Positions 56,655 through 64,000 of a stretch of DNA of 64,000 bases are shown piece after piece. The translations under genes and the position numbers were made by a program. The notes below the pieces were generated by a model. The model was not told the DNA's origin, did not search any database, and worked only from the letters and a program-made list of their open reading frames with translations. Position 1 is the first letter of the stretch. Each line of letters opens with the position of its first letter. Source of the DNA: Roseateles sp. (GTDB taxonomy: Bacteria; Pseudomonadota; Gammaproteobacteria; Burkholderiales; Burkholderiaceae_C); contig NZ_JBILQK010000001.1 in NCBI RefSeq assembly GCF_044373315.1, forward strand, positions 39,639-103,638, given 5' to 3'.

Positions 56655-56670
56655 AGCAGTTACCGTGCCA
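56655..56670 (-). promoter_or_regulatory. Sigma-54 (-24/-12) promoter candidate for glnA
   Basis: The minus strand reads TGGCAC-GGTAA-CTGCT against the consensus TGGCAC-N5-TTGCW, about 107 nt upstream of the glnA ATG. Confidence 0.65.
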
Positions 56671-56794
56671 GCCATCATTGACTGGCGCCAGCTCGGTGCA
56701 TTACGAGCCAAGCGCTTGATTATGCGGCGCGAGCCTGGCCTTACCCATGACATTCACCACGCCTTGCCCACGCGACGCTCCAACTTGGTGCAGC

Positions 56795-57601
56795 TCAACG
56801 CACCAATTCGGCGCCAACCGAGGCACCAAATTGGGACAGCCCTGATTTGAGCTCCGCATAGGCGGCGTCCAGCCTGTCAGTCGGCAGGTCCGGTCCGGCC
56901 TTGACGCCCAGTTCGATATGGCGCCCCCACTGCGGGTGGTCTACGCTGGGCAGGCTGAAAACCTTGACCCCGGGATGCTCGGCCTCGATCCGCTCCATCA
57001 AGGGCGTCAACGTGGCCTCCATGGCGCCGGCGACGATCATTGACAACTCGCGCCCCGGGCAGGCCCGGTGCAGGTCGCGGTGGCGCTCATCCAGCACCCA
57101 TTCCATCATCGGGTGCGCCATCACAGGGAAGCCGGGCACGAAGTAGACCGTGCCGACGTGGAAGCCGGGGATCTTGTTATAGGGATTGGGGATCAGCGCC
57201 GCGCCCGCGGGGAAGACGCCCATCTCGAAGCGCCGCAGCGTATCCGGGTGATCGGCATCCGCAACTTCGCCGCGCTCCGCAGCCATCTGCTGCACACGCT
57301 GCCAGATCAACTCGCGCGCCTCTGCATGCAGCGCGAGCTCCCGCCCCAGCGCCGCAGCCGCAGCCTGCCGGGTGTGGTCGTCCGGCGTGGCGCCGATGCC
57401 GCCGCAGCTGATCACCAGATCGCCGCTGGCAAAGGCGCGCCGCAGGGCGGAAGTGAGGCGCTCGCGATCGTCGCCGACGTACTCCGCCCAGGACAGACTC
57501 ATGCCGCGGGCCGACAGGATCTCGATGAAGCGGCTCAGGTGCTTGTCCTGGCGCTTGCCGGAAAGGATTTCGTCGCCGACGACGATCAGGCCGATATTCA
57601 T
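56795..57601 (-). CDS. CinA-like molybdopterin-binding (MoCF-BD) protein lacking the C-terminal PncC deamidase domain
   Basis: MNIGLIVVGDEILSGKRQDKH and VISCGGIGATPDDHT. Only 268 aa. ATGA overlap with the upstream EI24-like gene. Confidence 0.7.
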   Translation of the reverse strand: MNIGLIVVGDEILSGKRQDKHLSRFIEILSARGMSLSWAEYVGDDRERLTSALRRAFASGDLVISCGGIGATPDDHTRQAAAAALGRELALHAEARELIWQRVQQMAAERGEVADADHPDTLRRFEMGVFPAGAALIPNPYNKIPGFHVGTVYFVPGFPVMAHPMMEWVLDERHRDLHRACPGRELSMIVAGAMEATLTPLMERIEAEHPGVKVFSLPSVDHPQWGRHIELGVKAGPDLPTDRLDAAYAELKSGLSQFGASVGAELVR

Positions 57602-58482
57602 GGCAACAAGGGAGGCTGGAGATTGGGGACTGGCAGCACCGCATCCGGCGCAGAAGGCTGGGCGGGCAGCGGCTGCTGCCGGGCCCGCAGATCAGCCAGC
57701 GCCGCCAGACAGTAATGGGTGAACCAGAGACTGGAGAAGGCAAACACCAGCGTGTAGAGCCAGATCGTGAGCAGCACCAGGAACGGGGCCAGTACCACGG
57801 CCATCATGCTGAAGGCCCAGATCAGCGAAGGCGCCGCACCCAGGTAGCCGGTGATGACACCCATGGTCAGCAGCGGCAGCCGATGCTTGCGCATCACGCT
57901 GTCACGTTCCTCGGCACTGGCGTGCTCCGCCAGCGCATCGAAGGCGAAGACCTTGTAGCTGAGCCAGCCCCAGATCAACGGCGGCAGCACCAGCACCAGC
58001 GGCGGCACCAGCCACAGCGGCATGCTCAGCACCACCAGCGCTAGCGCGATGAAGGACAGCAGCAGCGACCAGGCGAAACTCTGCCACCAGCCCGCGCCGC
58101 GCTTGCGCTCCAGCTGCAGGAAGCGGCGCTCGCCCACCAGCGCCACGATGGACGGCGTCATCATCGTGGCCACCAGCAGCAGGCTCAGCATCAGCACCAC
58201 CGGCACCGCCAGCGCGATCACCACCAGCGGCGCCATCACCGAGCGAAAGCCCTCGGCGCCCATGCTGTCGAGCCAGCGCAGCAGGCTGCCGACCAGCAGC
58301 CAGGACTCGAGCGTGGCACGCACCGAGGCCACCGCCGACTCCCAGAAGAAATACGCCAGGCCCACGCTCAGGCTGGCGGCAATCAGCAGCGGCAGCAGCG
58401 ACAGCGCGATGACGCGCGGATGCAGGCAGTAGGCAGCGGCGCGCCAGAAGGCATCGCCCAGCCGTCCCATCGTGTCGACCAT
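57598..58482 (-). CDS. EI24/CysZ-like integral membrane protein
   Basis: 294 aa with multiple TM helices. The overall pattern resembles the EI24 (DUF540) family. This assignment is from memory. Confidence 0.5.
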   Translation of the reverse strand: MVDTMGRLGDAFWRAAAYCLHPRVIALSLLPLLIAASLSVGLAYFFWESAVASVRATLESWLLVGSLLRWLDSMGAEGFRSVMAPLVVIALAVPVVLMLSLLLVATMMTPSIVALVGERRFLQLERKRGAGWWQSFAWSLLLSFIALALVVLSMPLWLVPPLVLVLPPLIWGWLSYKVFAFDALAEHASAEERDSVMRKHRLPLLTMGVITGYLGAAPSLIWAFSMMAVVLAPFLVLLTIWLYTLVFAFSSLWFTHYCLAALADLRARQQPLPAQPSAPDAVLPVPNLQPPLLP

Positions 58483-58578
58483 GGTTTCCTTTGTCGCCTC
58501 AGCTCAGACGCTGACGCTGCAAGCATAGCGGCAGCATGGGCCGCAGCCGCTTCACACGACGGGCTGCGGCCGTGGCCG

Positions 58579-59394
58579 TCAATCGTCGTCGCCGCTCAGA
58601 ATGCCGCCCAGGATGCCGACGCCGGCCACACCGGCCAGCAGCGAGCCCTGCTCGCGTCCGCCACCACCGGTCTGCGGCGCCGCGGCGAACACGCGCGAGG
58701 CCAGACGCGAGAACGGCAGGCTCTGCAGCCAGACCTCGCCCGGTCCGCTGAGCTTGGCCAGGAACAAGCCCTCACCGCCGAACAGCGCCGTCTTGATCTT
58801 GCCGACGTATTGGATCTCGAAGTTCACGCTGGGCGTGTAGGCGACCACGCAGCCGGTGTCCACCAGCAGGGTCTGGCCCGGCTGCAGCGAGCGGCGCACC
58901 ACGGTGCCGCCTGCGTGGACAAAGGCCAGGCCGTCGCCTTCCAGCTTCTGCATGATGAAGCCCTCGCCGCCGAAGAAGCCGGTGGAGAGCTTTTGCTGCA
59001 GGGCGATGCCCAGCGAGACGCCGCGCGCCGCGCACAGGAAGGAATCCTTCTGGCAGATCAGCATCCCGCCGAGCTGCTTCAGGTCCATCGGCAGGATCTT
59101 GCCCGGATAGGGTGCGGCGAAGGCCACGCGCTGCTTGGCGCCGGCATTGTTGGTGTAGATGGTCGTGAACAGCGACTCGCCGGTGACGAGGCGCTTGCCT
59201 GCACCCAGCAACTTGCCGAAGAAGCCGCCCTGCTGCTTGGCGCCATCACCGAAAACCGTGTCCATCTGGATGCCGGCATCCATGAACATCATGCTGCCGG
59301 CCTCGCCGATGGCAGCCTCGCCCGGGTCGAGCTCGACCTCGACGAACTGCATCTCGGCGCCCTTGATTTCGTAGTCCACCACATCCATTGCCAT
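58579..59394 (-). CDS. TIGR00266 (AIM24/DUF124) family protein
   Basis: DYEIKGAEMQFVEVELDPGEAAIGEAGSMMFMD N-terminus and a Gly-rich C-terminal tail. Confidence 0.7.
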   Translation of the reverse strand: MAMDVVDYEIKGAEMQFVEVELDPGEAAIGEAGSMMFMDAGIQMDTVFGDGAKQQGGFFGKLLGAGKRLVTGESLFTTIYTNNAGAKQRVAFAAPYPGKILPMDLKQLGGMLICQKDSFLCAARGVSLGIALQQKLSTGFFGGEGFIMQKLEGDGLAFVHAGGTVVRRSLQPGQTLLVDTGCVVAYTPSVNFEIQYVGKIKTALFGGEGLFLAKLSGPGEVWLQSLPFSRLASRVFAAAPQTGGGGREQGSLLAGVAGVGILGGILSGDDD

Positions 59395-59487
59395 CGCGAT
59401 CTCCTTGCATGAGGGAATTCAAACGGGCGCGATCGTACCCAAGTTTGGAAGTCCGGCCGTGTGACATGCCCTGCCTATACTGATCAC

Positions 59488-60300
59488 ATGAGCGCCGACA
59501 GCCCATCCGAAGCCCCGCCTGCTGAAACTGCCCTCAAGCCGGGCGACGGCTATGTGCAGTCCTTCGCGCGTGGCCTGTCGGTGATCCGGGCCTTCAGCGC
59601 CGAGGCACCACGGCAGACCCTGACCGAAGTGGCCAAACGCTGCGGCCTGACTCGCGCCGGCGCTCGCCGCATCCTGCTGACGCTGGAAACGCTGGGCTAT
59701 GTGAAGAGCGAAGGCCGGCTGTTCTCGCTAACGCCCAAGATCCTGGACCTCGGCTTCGCCTATCTCTCGTCGCAACCGCTGTGGCAATTTGCCGAGCCGG
59801 TGATGCAGAATCTGGTGGCCGACCTGAAGGAGTCCTGCTCGGCCGCGGTGCTCGAAGGCAGCGACATCGTCTACGTGCTGCGCGTGCCGGCGCGCAAGAT
59901 CATGAGCATCAACCTGGGCCTGGGCAGCCGCCTGCCGGCCTGGTGCACCTCGATGGGCCGCGTGTTGCTGGCCGGGCTGTCGGATGCCGAGTTGCTGGCC
60001 TATCTGGATGCGGTCGAATTGCGCCCGCTGACGGCGCGCACCGTTGCCAGCAAGGACGATTTGCGCCAGCGCATCGAGACGGCCCGCACACAGGGCTGGT
60101 GCCTGATCAACCAGGAGCTGGAAGAAGGCTTGGTCTCGCTGGCGGCCCCGATCCGTGACCGCAACGGCCAAGTGCTGGCCGCGCTCAATGTCAGCGGCCA
60201 GTTCAACCGCACACCGCCGGATGCGATGGTGGCGCATTGCCTTCCGCGCCTGCTGGAGGCGGCGGCGCAGATTTCTAGGTTGTTGCAGTTGAAGAGTTGA
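59488..60300 (+). CDS. IclR-family regulator, PcaR/PcaU-like
   Basis: YVQSFARGLSVIRAFS ... LTEVAKRCGLTRAGARRILLTLETLGYV is characteristic of PcaR-type IclR proteins. The start is at ATG 59488. Confidence 0.82.
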   Translation: MSADSPSEAPPAETALKPGDGYVQSFARGLSVIRAFSAEAPRQTLTEVAKRCGLTRAGARRILLTLETLGYVKSEGRLFSLTPKILDLGFAYLSSQPLWQFAEPVMQNLVADLKESCSAAVLEGSDIVYVLRVPARKIMSINLGLGSRLPAWCTSMGRVLLAGLSDAELLAYLDAVELRPLTARTVASKDDLRQRIETARTQGWCLINQELEEGLVSLAAPIRDRNGQVLAALNVSGQFNRTPPDAMVAHCLPRLLEAAAQISRLLQLKS

Positions 60301-60410
60301 GGCAGCGAGGCGACCTTTCGCCTAGTGGGCAGGGGCAGTCGTCGTCCTTTGCCTGCCACGCCGCCCCGGCCAGCCCACGTGAGACGTAGGCCGGCGTTCG
60401 TCAGGCGTCA

Positions 60411-60475
60411 GACAGCCCCCGGGGCTGTCCTCGATCCTGACTCTCCCCGGCCAGTCGGCTTGCAGGCCGACTGGC
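60411..60475. repeat. Two perfect GC-rich palindromic hairpins in the convergent intergenic region
   Basis: GACAGCCCC-c-GGGGCTGTC (60411-60429) and GCCAGTCGGC-ttgcag-GCCGACTGGC (60450-60475). Confidence 0.6.
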
Positions 60476-60526
60476 GTGAGTGAGGCACGAAACAGCCCGC
60501 AGGGGCTGTTTCGTGTCCGCACTCAC
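60476..60526 (-). terminator. Nested long hairpin immediately after the phaB stop (probable terminator)
   Basis: Outer arms GTGAGTG/CACTCAC and inner arms CACGAAACAGCCC-gcag-GGGCTGTTTCGTG (13-bp stem). It overlaps the phaB stop codon, and there is no long U tract. Confidence 0.55.
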
Positions 60527-61260
60527 CCCATGTGCAGCCCGCCGTTGCAGCTGAAGTCGGCGCCGGTGGTGAAGCCGGAATCCTCGCCTGCCAGCCAGGC
60601 CACGATGGCCGCGATTTCCTCGGGCTTGCCCAGGCGCTTGACCGGGATGGTGGAGATGATCTTCTCCAGCACGTCCTCGCGCACCGCCTTGACCATGTCG
60701 GTGGCGATATAGCCCGGGCTCACAGTGTTGACCGTCACGCCCTTGGCTGCCAGCTCCTGCGCCAGCGCCATCGTGAAACCGTGCATGCCGGCCTTGGCTG
60801 CCGAGTAATTGGTCTGGCCCGCCTGACCCTTCTCGCCATTGACCGACGAGATCTGGATGATGCGGCCCCAGCCCTTTTCTACCATGCCCGGCGCCACCTG
60901 CTTGGTGACGTTGAACATGCTGTTGAGGTTGGTGTCGATCACCGCACGCCAGTCGTCCGGCGACATCTTCAGGAACATGCGGTCCCGTGTGATGCCGGCG
61001 TTGTTGACCAGCACATCGATGGGGCCATGCTCGGCGACCGCCTTCTGGAAGGCCGCCACGGTGGACTCCCAATCAGCCACATTGCCGACCGAAGCGTAGA
61101 AGGTGTAGCCCAGTGCGGCTTGCTCGCTGAGCCACTTGTCGTAGTCGCGGCTCGGGCCGCAGCCCGCAATGACCTTGAAGCCCTCCTTGTGCAGACGTTG
61201 GCAGATCGAGGTGCCGATGCCACCCATGCCGCCGGTCACATATGCGATTTTCTTGCTCAT
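60523..61260 (-). CDS. phaB: Acetoacetyl-CoA reductase (SDR)
   Basis: KIAYVTGGMGGIGTSI, NNAGITRD and YSAAKAG motifs. 245 aa, adjacent to phaA and phaC. Confidence 0.93.
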   Translation of the reverse strand: MSKKIAYVTGGMGGIGTSICQRLHKEGFKVIAGCGPSRDYDKWLSEQAALGYTFYASVGNVADWESTVAAFQKAVAEHGPIDVLVNNAGITRDRMFLKMSPDDWRAVIDTNLNSMFNVTKQVAPGMVEKGWGRIIQISSVNGEKGQAGQTNYSAAKAGMHGFTMALAQELAAKGVTVNTVSPGYIATDMVKAVREDVLEKIISTIPVKRLGKPEEIAAIVAWLAGEDSGFTTGADFSCNGGLHMG

Positions 61261-61418
61261 AGCTTGTCTCTCCTGCGCCTCCAGGGCTCACTGCTTGTGC
61301 CTCGCCAGCGCCGCGTCATGCGCCGTGATTCGAGGCCCTATGTCTCAACGAAGACGCGCCCTCAGCCTCCCGCATGCCCGACACAGGGTCAAGCGGGTTG
61401 CACCTGACAGGGTTTTCT

Positions 61419-62597
61419 TTAGCGCTCCACCGTCAGCGCCACGCCCATGCCACCGCCGATGCACAGCGAGGCGATGCCGCGCTTGGCATCGCGGCGCTGC
61501 ATCTCGTGCAGCAGCGTGACGAGGATGCGGGCGCCCGAGGCGCCGATCGGGTGGCCCAGCGCGATCGCGCCGCCATTGACATTCACCTTGCTGGTGTCCC
61601 AGCCCATCTCGGCATGCACCGCGCAGGCTTGCGCCGCGAACGCCTCATTAATCTCCAGCAGGTCCAGGTCCTGCGGCTTCCAGCCGGCGCGCTCCAGCGC
61701 CTTCTTTGCGGCCGGCACCGGGCCCATGCCCATATAGGCCGGGTCCAGGCCCGCGCTGGCATAGGAGGCGATGCGAGCCAGCGGCGTGAGGCCGAGCGCC
61801 GCCGCTTTCTTGGCACTCATCACCAGCAGCGCCGCGGCGCCGTCATTCAGGCCCGAGGCATTCCCGGCGGTGACGCTGCCGGCCTTGTCGAAGGCCGGAC
61901 GCAGCCCGGCCAGCGCTTCGGCGTTGGTCTTGCGGTTGATGTACTCATCGGCATCGACCACCAGCGCATCGCCCTTCTTCTGCGGGATCAGCACGGGCAC
62001 GATCTCGTCCTTGAAGCGGCCGGCATCCTGCGCCGCGGCCGCCTTCAGCTGAGAGGCCAGCGCCAGCGCGTCCTGCGTCTCGCGGCTGATGCCGTACTTC
62101 TTGGCCACGTTCTCGGCCGTGATGCCCATGTGGTACTGGTTGTAGACGTCCCACAGGCCGTCGACGATCATGGTGTCGACCAGCTTCCAGTCGCCCATGC
62201 GCTGGCCATCGCGCGAGCCCGGCAGCACATGCGGCGACAGGCTCATGCTCTCCTGGCCGCCGGCGATCACGATGTCGCTGTCGCCATCGCGGATAGCTTG
62301 CGCCGCCAGCATCACTGCCTTCAGGCCCGAGCCGCAGACCTTGTTGATGGTCATGGCCGGCACATGGTCCGGCAGACCGGACTTGATCACCGTCTGGCGC
62401 GCAGGGTTCTGGCCGCAGCCCGCCTGCAGCACCTGGCCGAGGATCACCTCGCCCACCTGTGCGCCATCCAGGCCGCTGCGGCGCAGCAGGTCCTTCACGA
62501 CGGTGGCGCCCAGCTCGACCGCCGGGGTCTTGGCCAAGGCACCGCCGAACTTGCCGATGGCAGTGCGGGCTGCGGCAACGATCACGATATCGCTCAT
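61419..62597 (-). CDS. phaA: Acetyl-CoA acetyltransferase (beta-ketothiolase)
   Basis: [19 protein letters not shown], the active-site [10 protein letters not shown], and [17 protein letters not shown] / CIGGGMG. Confidence 0.95.
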   Translation of the reverse strand: MSDIVIVAAARTAIGKFGGALAKTPAVELGATVVKDLLRRSGLDGAQVGEVILGQVLQAGCGQNPARQTVIKSGLPDHVPAMTINKVCGSGLKAVMLAAQAIRDGDSDIVIAGGQESMSLSPHVLPGSRDGQRMGDWKLVDTMIVDGLWDVYNQYHMGITAENVAKKYGISRETQDALALASQLKAAAAQDAGRFKDEIVPVLIPQKKGDALVVDADEYINRKTNAEALAGLRPAFDKAGSVTAGNASGLNDGAAALLVMSAKKAAALGLTPLARIASYASAGLDPAYMGMGPVPAAKKALERAGWKPQDLDLLEINEAFAAQACAVHAEMGWDTSKVNVNGGAIALGHPIGASGARILVTLLHEMQRRDAKRGIASLCIGGGMGVALTVER

Positions 62598-62633
62598 CTC
62601 AGTCTCCTTGCTTGATGTTTCGGGGCGGCCGGC

Positions 62634-64000
62634 TCAAGCCTTCTGCTTGACGTAGCGGCCTGGAGCGGGCTCGATGGACTTGTACTTGCGGCTGCCAGGC
62701 GTCTTGGGCGCGGCCTTCTGGCTACCGGCATGGCTGGCCAACCAGGCGGACCAATCGGTCCACCAGCTGCCCGGATGCTCGGTCGCCGCGTCAAACCACT
62801 TCTGGTGCTCGGCCGGCAGGGCGGTGCTCTTGCCGATCCAGTGGCTGCGCTTGCCCTTGGCCGGCGGGTTGATCACGCCGGCGATATGGCCTGACGCGCC
62901 CAGCACGAAGCGCTTCTTGCCCTTGAAAACCTGGGTCGAGCGGTAGGCGCTGTCCCAGGGCACGATGTGATCCTCACGCGAACCATAGATGTAGACCGGC
63001 GCCTCGATCTTGCCGAGGTCCAGCGCCTCGCCGCAGACCGTGAGCTTGCCCGGCTGCTTCAGCTCGTTCTGCAGATAGGTGTGGCGCAGATACCAGCAAT
63101 ACATCGGCCCGGACATATTGGTCGCGTCGCCGTTCCAGTACAGCAGGTCGAAGGCCGGCGGGGCCTCGCCCTTCAGGTAGTTGCCGACCACGTAGTTCCA
63201 GACCAGATCGTTCGGGCGCAGGAAGCTGAAGGTTGTGGCCAGTTCCTTTCCCTTGAGCAGGCCCGGCCCCTTGGGGCTCTGCTCCCCAATGGTCATCTCG
63301 CGCAGCCGAACCGAGCCCTCATCGACGAACAGGTCCAGCACGCCATTGCTGCTGAAGTCGATCAGCGTGGTCAGCAAGGTGACACTGGCCGCCGGCTGCT
63401 CACCCCGCGCGGCCAGCACGCCCAGCGCCGTGGCCAGAATGGTGCCGCCGACGCAGAAGCCCAAGGTGTCGATGGTCTCGGTGCCGGAGATCTCCTGCAC
63501 CACCGAGATCGCCTTGATGGCAGCCTTCTCGATGTAGTCGTCCCAGGTCCAGGCCGCGCAGCTCTCATCCGGATTGCGCCAGCTGACCACGAACACGCGG
63601 TGGCCTTGGCTCACCGCATAACGAATCAGAGAGTTGTCCGGCTGCAAGTCCAGGATGTAGTACTTGTTGATGCAGGGCGGCACCATCAGCAAGGGCCGCT
63701 CGAACACCTTGGCCGTCAGCGGCTTGTATTCGATCAGCTGCAAGAACTCGTTCTCGAAGACGATGTCGCCCTCAGTGGTGGCCACATTGCGGCCCACCTC
63801 GAAGGCGCTCTCATCGGTCTGCGAGACATGCCCGCGCTGGATGTCGGCCCACAGCTGCTGCACGCCTTTGGCCAGGCTTTCGCCCTGGGTGTCCAGCGCC
63901 AGCTTCAAGGCCTCGGGGTTGAGCGCCAGATAGTTGCTCGGCGAGGCGGCATCGACCCACTGCTGCACCGCGAAGCGGATGCGCGAACGGGTTTTCTCGT
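62634..64000 (-). CDS. phaC: Class I poly(3-hydroxyalkanoate) synthase, C-terminal ~450 aa (5' end beyond the window)
   Basis: Lipase-box GFCVGG, the PhaC N-domain WRNPD, and DHIVPW. The reading frame stays open to the window edge; the listed Met is really an internal GTG/Val. The printed line numbering appears to slip by 1 nt somewhere after 62640. Confidence 0.92.
   Translation of the reverse strand, partial: EKTRSRIRFAVQQWVDAASPSNYLALNPEALKLALDTQGESLAKGVQQLWADIQRGHVSQTDESAFEVGRNVATTEGDIVFENEFLQLIEYKPLTAKVFERPLLMVPPCINKYYILDLQPDNSLIRYAVSQGHRVFVVSWRNPDESCAAWTWDDYIEKAAIKAISVVQEISGTETIDTLGFCVGGTILATALGVLAARGEQPAASVTLLTTLIDFSSNGVLDLFVDEGSVRLREMTIGEQSPKGPGLLKGKELATTFSFLRPNDLVWNYVVGNYLKGEAPPAFDLLYWNGDATNMSGPMYCWYLRHTYLQNELKQPGKLTVCGEALDLGKIEAPVYIYGSREDHIVPWDSAYRSTQVFKGKKRFVLGASGHIAGVINPPAKGKRSHWIGKSTALPAEHQKWFDAATEHPGSWWTDWSAWLASHAGSQKAAPKTPGSRKYKSIEPAPGRYVKQKA

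Noticed and set aside
56785-56806. TTGGTGC-N8-GCACCAA inverted repeat as an NtrC enhancer site
   Set aside because: The half-site orientation and spacing are the reverse of the canonical TGCACC-N5-GGTGCA. The repeat also overlaps the stop codon of the upstream gene, so it may simply be a weak 3' hairpin. It is kept only as a remark in the glnA finding.

Overview
This is a visibly GC-rich chromosomal segment whose gene content and order look betaproteobacterial (Burkholderiales-like); that assignment is inferred, not computed. I call about 58 protein-coding genes and one tRNA-Ser(UGA).

Contents, left to right:
- hppA (3' part), a J-domain protein, and pobA/pobR.
- A long minus-strand run: a Bug/TctC binding protein with an AstE/AspA-family deacylase, then LysR, fumarylacetoacetase, DUF2783, an FAD monooxygenase, a VOC dioxygenase-fold protein and an MBL-fold protein, with a divergent IclR regulator.
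- A FeeM-like N-acyl amino acid synthase, a PcaB-like lyase with a degenerate catalytic loop, SapC, and an HlyC/CorC transporter.
- apaH and tRNA-Ser.
- A Liv-type ABC importer plus an acyl-CoA ligase.
- selO-msrB, yciB-bolA, a parvulin PPIase, DUF2062, and a divergent ybbA-like/tesA pair.
- A large FecR-type Trp/Pro-rich repeat protein, def, an MBL hydrolase, and yebC.
- A TetR-OMF-MFP-RND efflux operon.
- An isolated PEP-CTERM protein and a TPR-GAF histidine kinase.
- glnA-DUF4124-ntrB-ntrC followed by an ABC exporter and a PAS-GGDEF cyclase.
- A CinA-like/EI24 pair, a TIGR00266 protein, a PcaR-like IclR regulator, and phaC(partial)-phaA-phaB.

I found no CRISPR array, transposase, integrase, phage gene, toxin-antitoxin pair or recognisable defence gene. 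I cannot point to a clear-cut novel system.

The best candidates for unexplored biology are:
1. The stand-alone FeeM-like acyltransferase and the co-directional string CorC-SapC-degenerate lyase-acyltransferase.
2. An aromatic-type catabolic operon that has fumarylacetoacetase but no canonical homogentisate dioxygenase or isomerase.
3. The FecR/Trp-rich/Pro-rich repeat envelope protein.

All family assignments come from reading motifs in the supplied translations. No searches were run, and start codons are best guesses.
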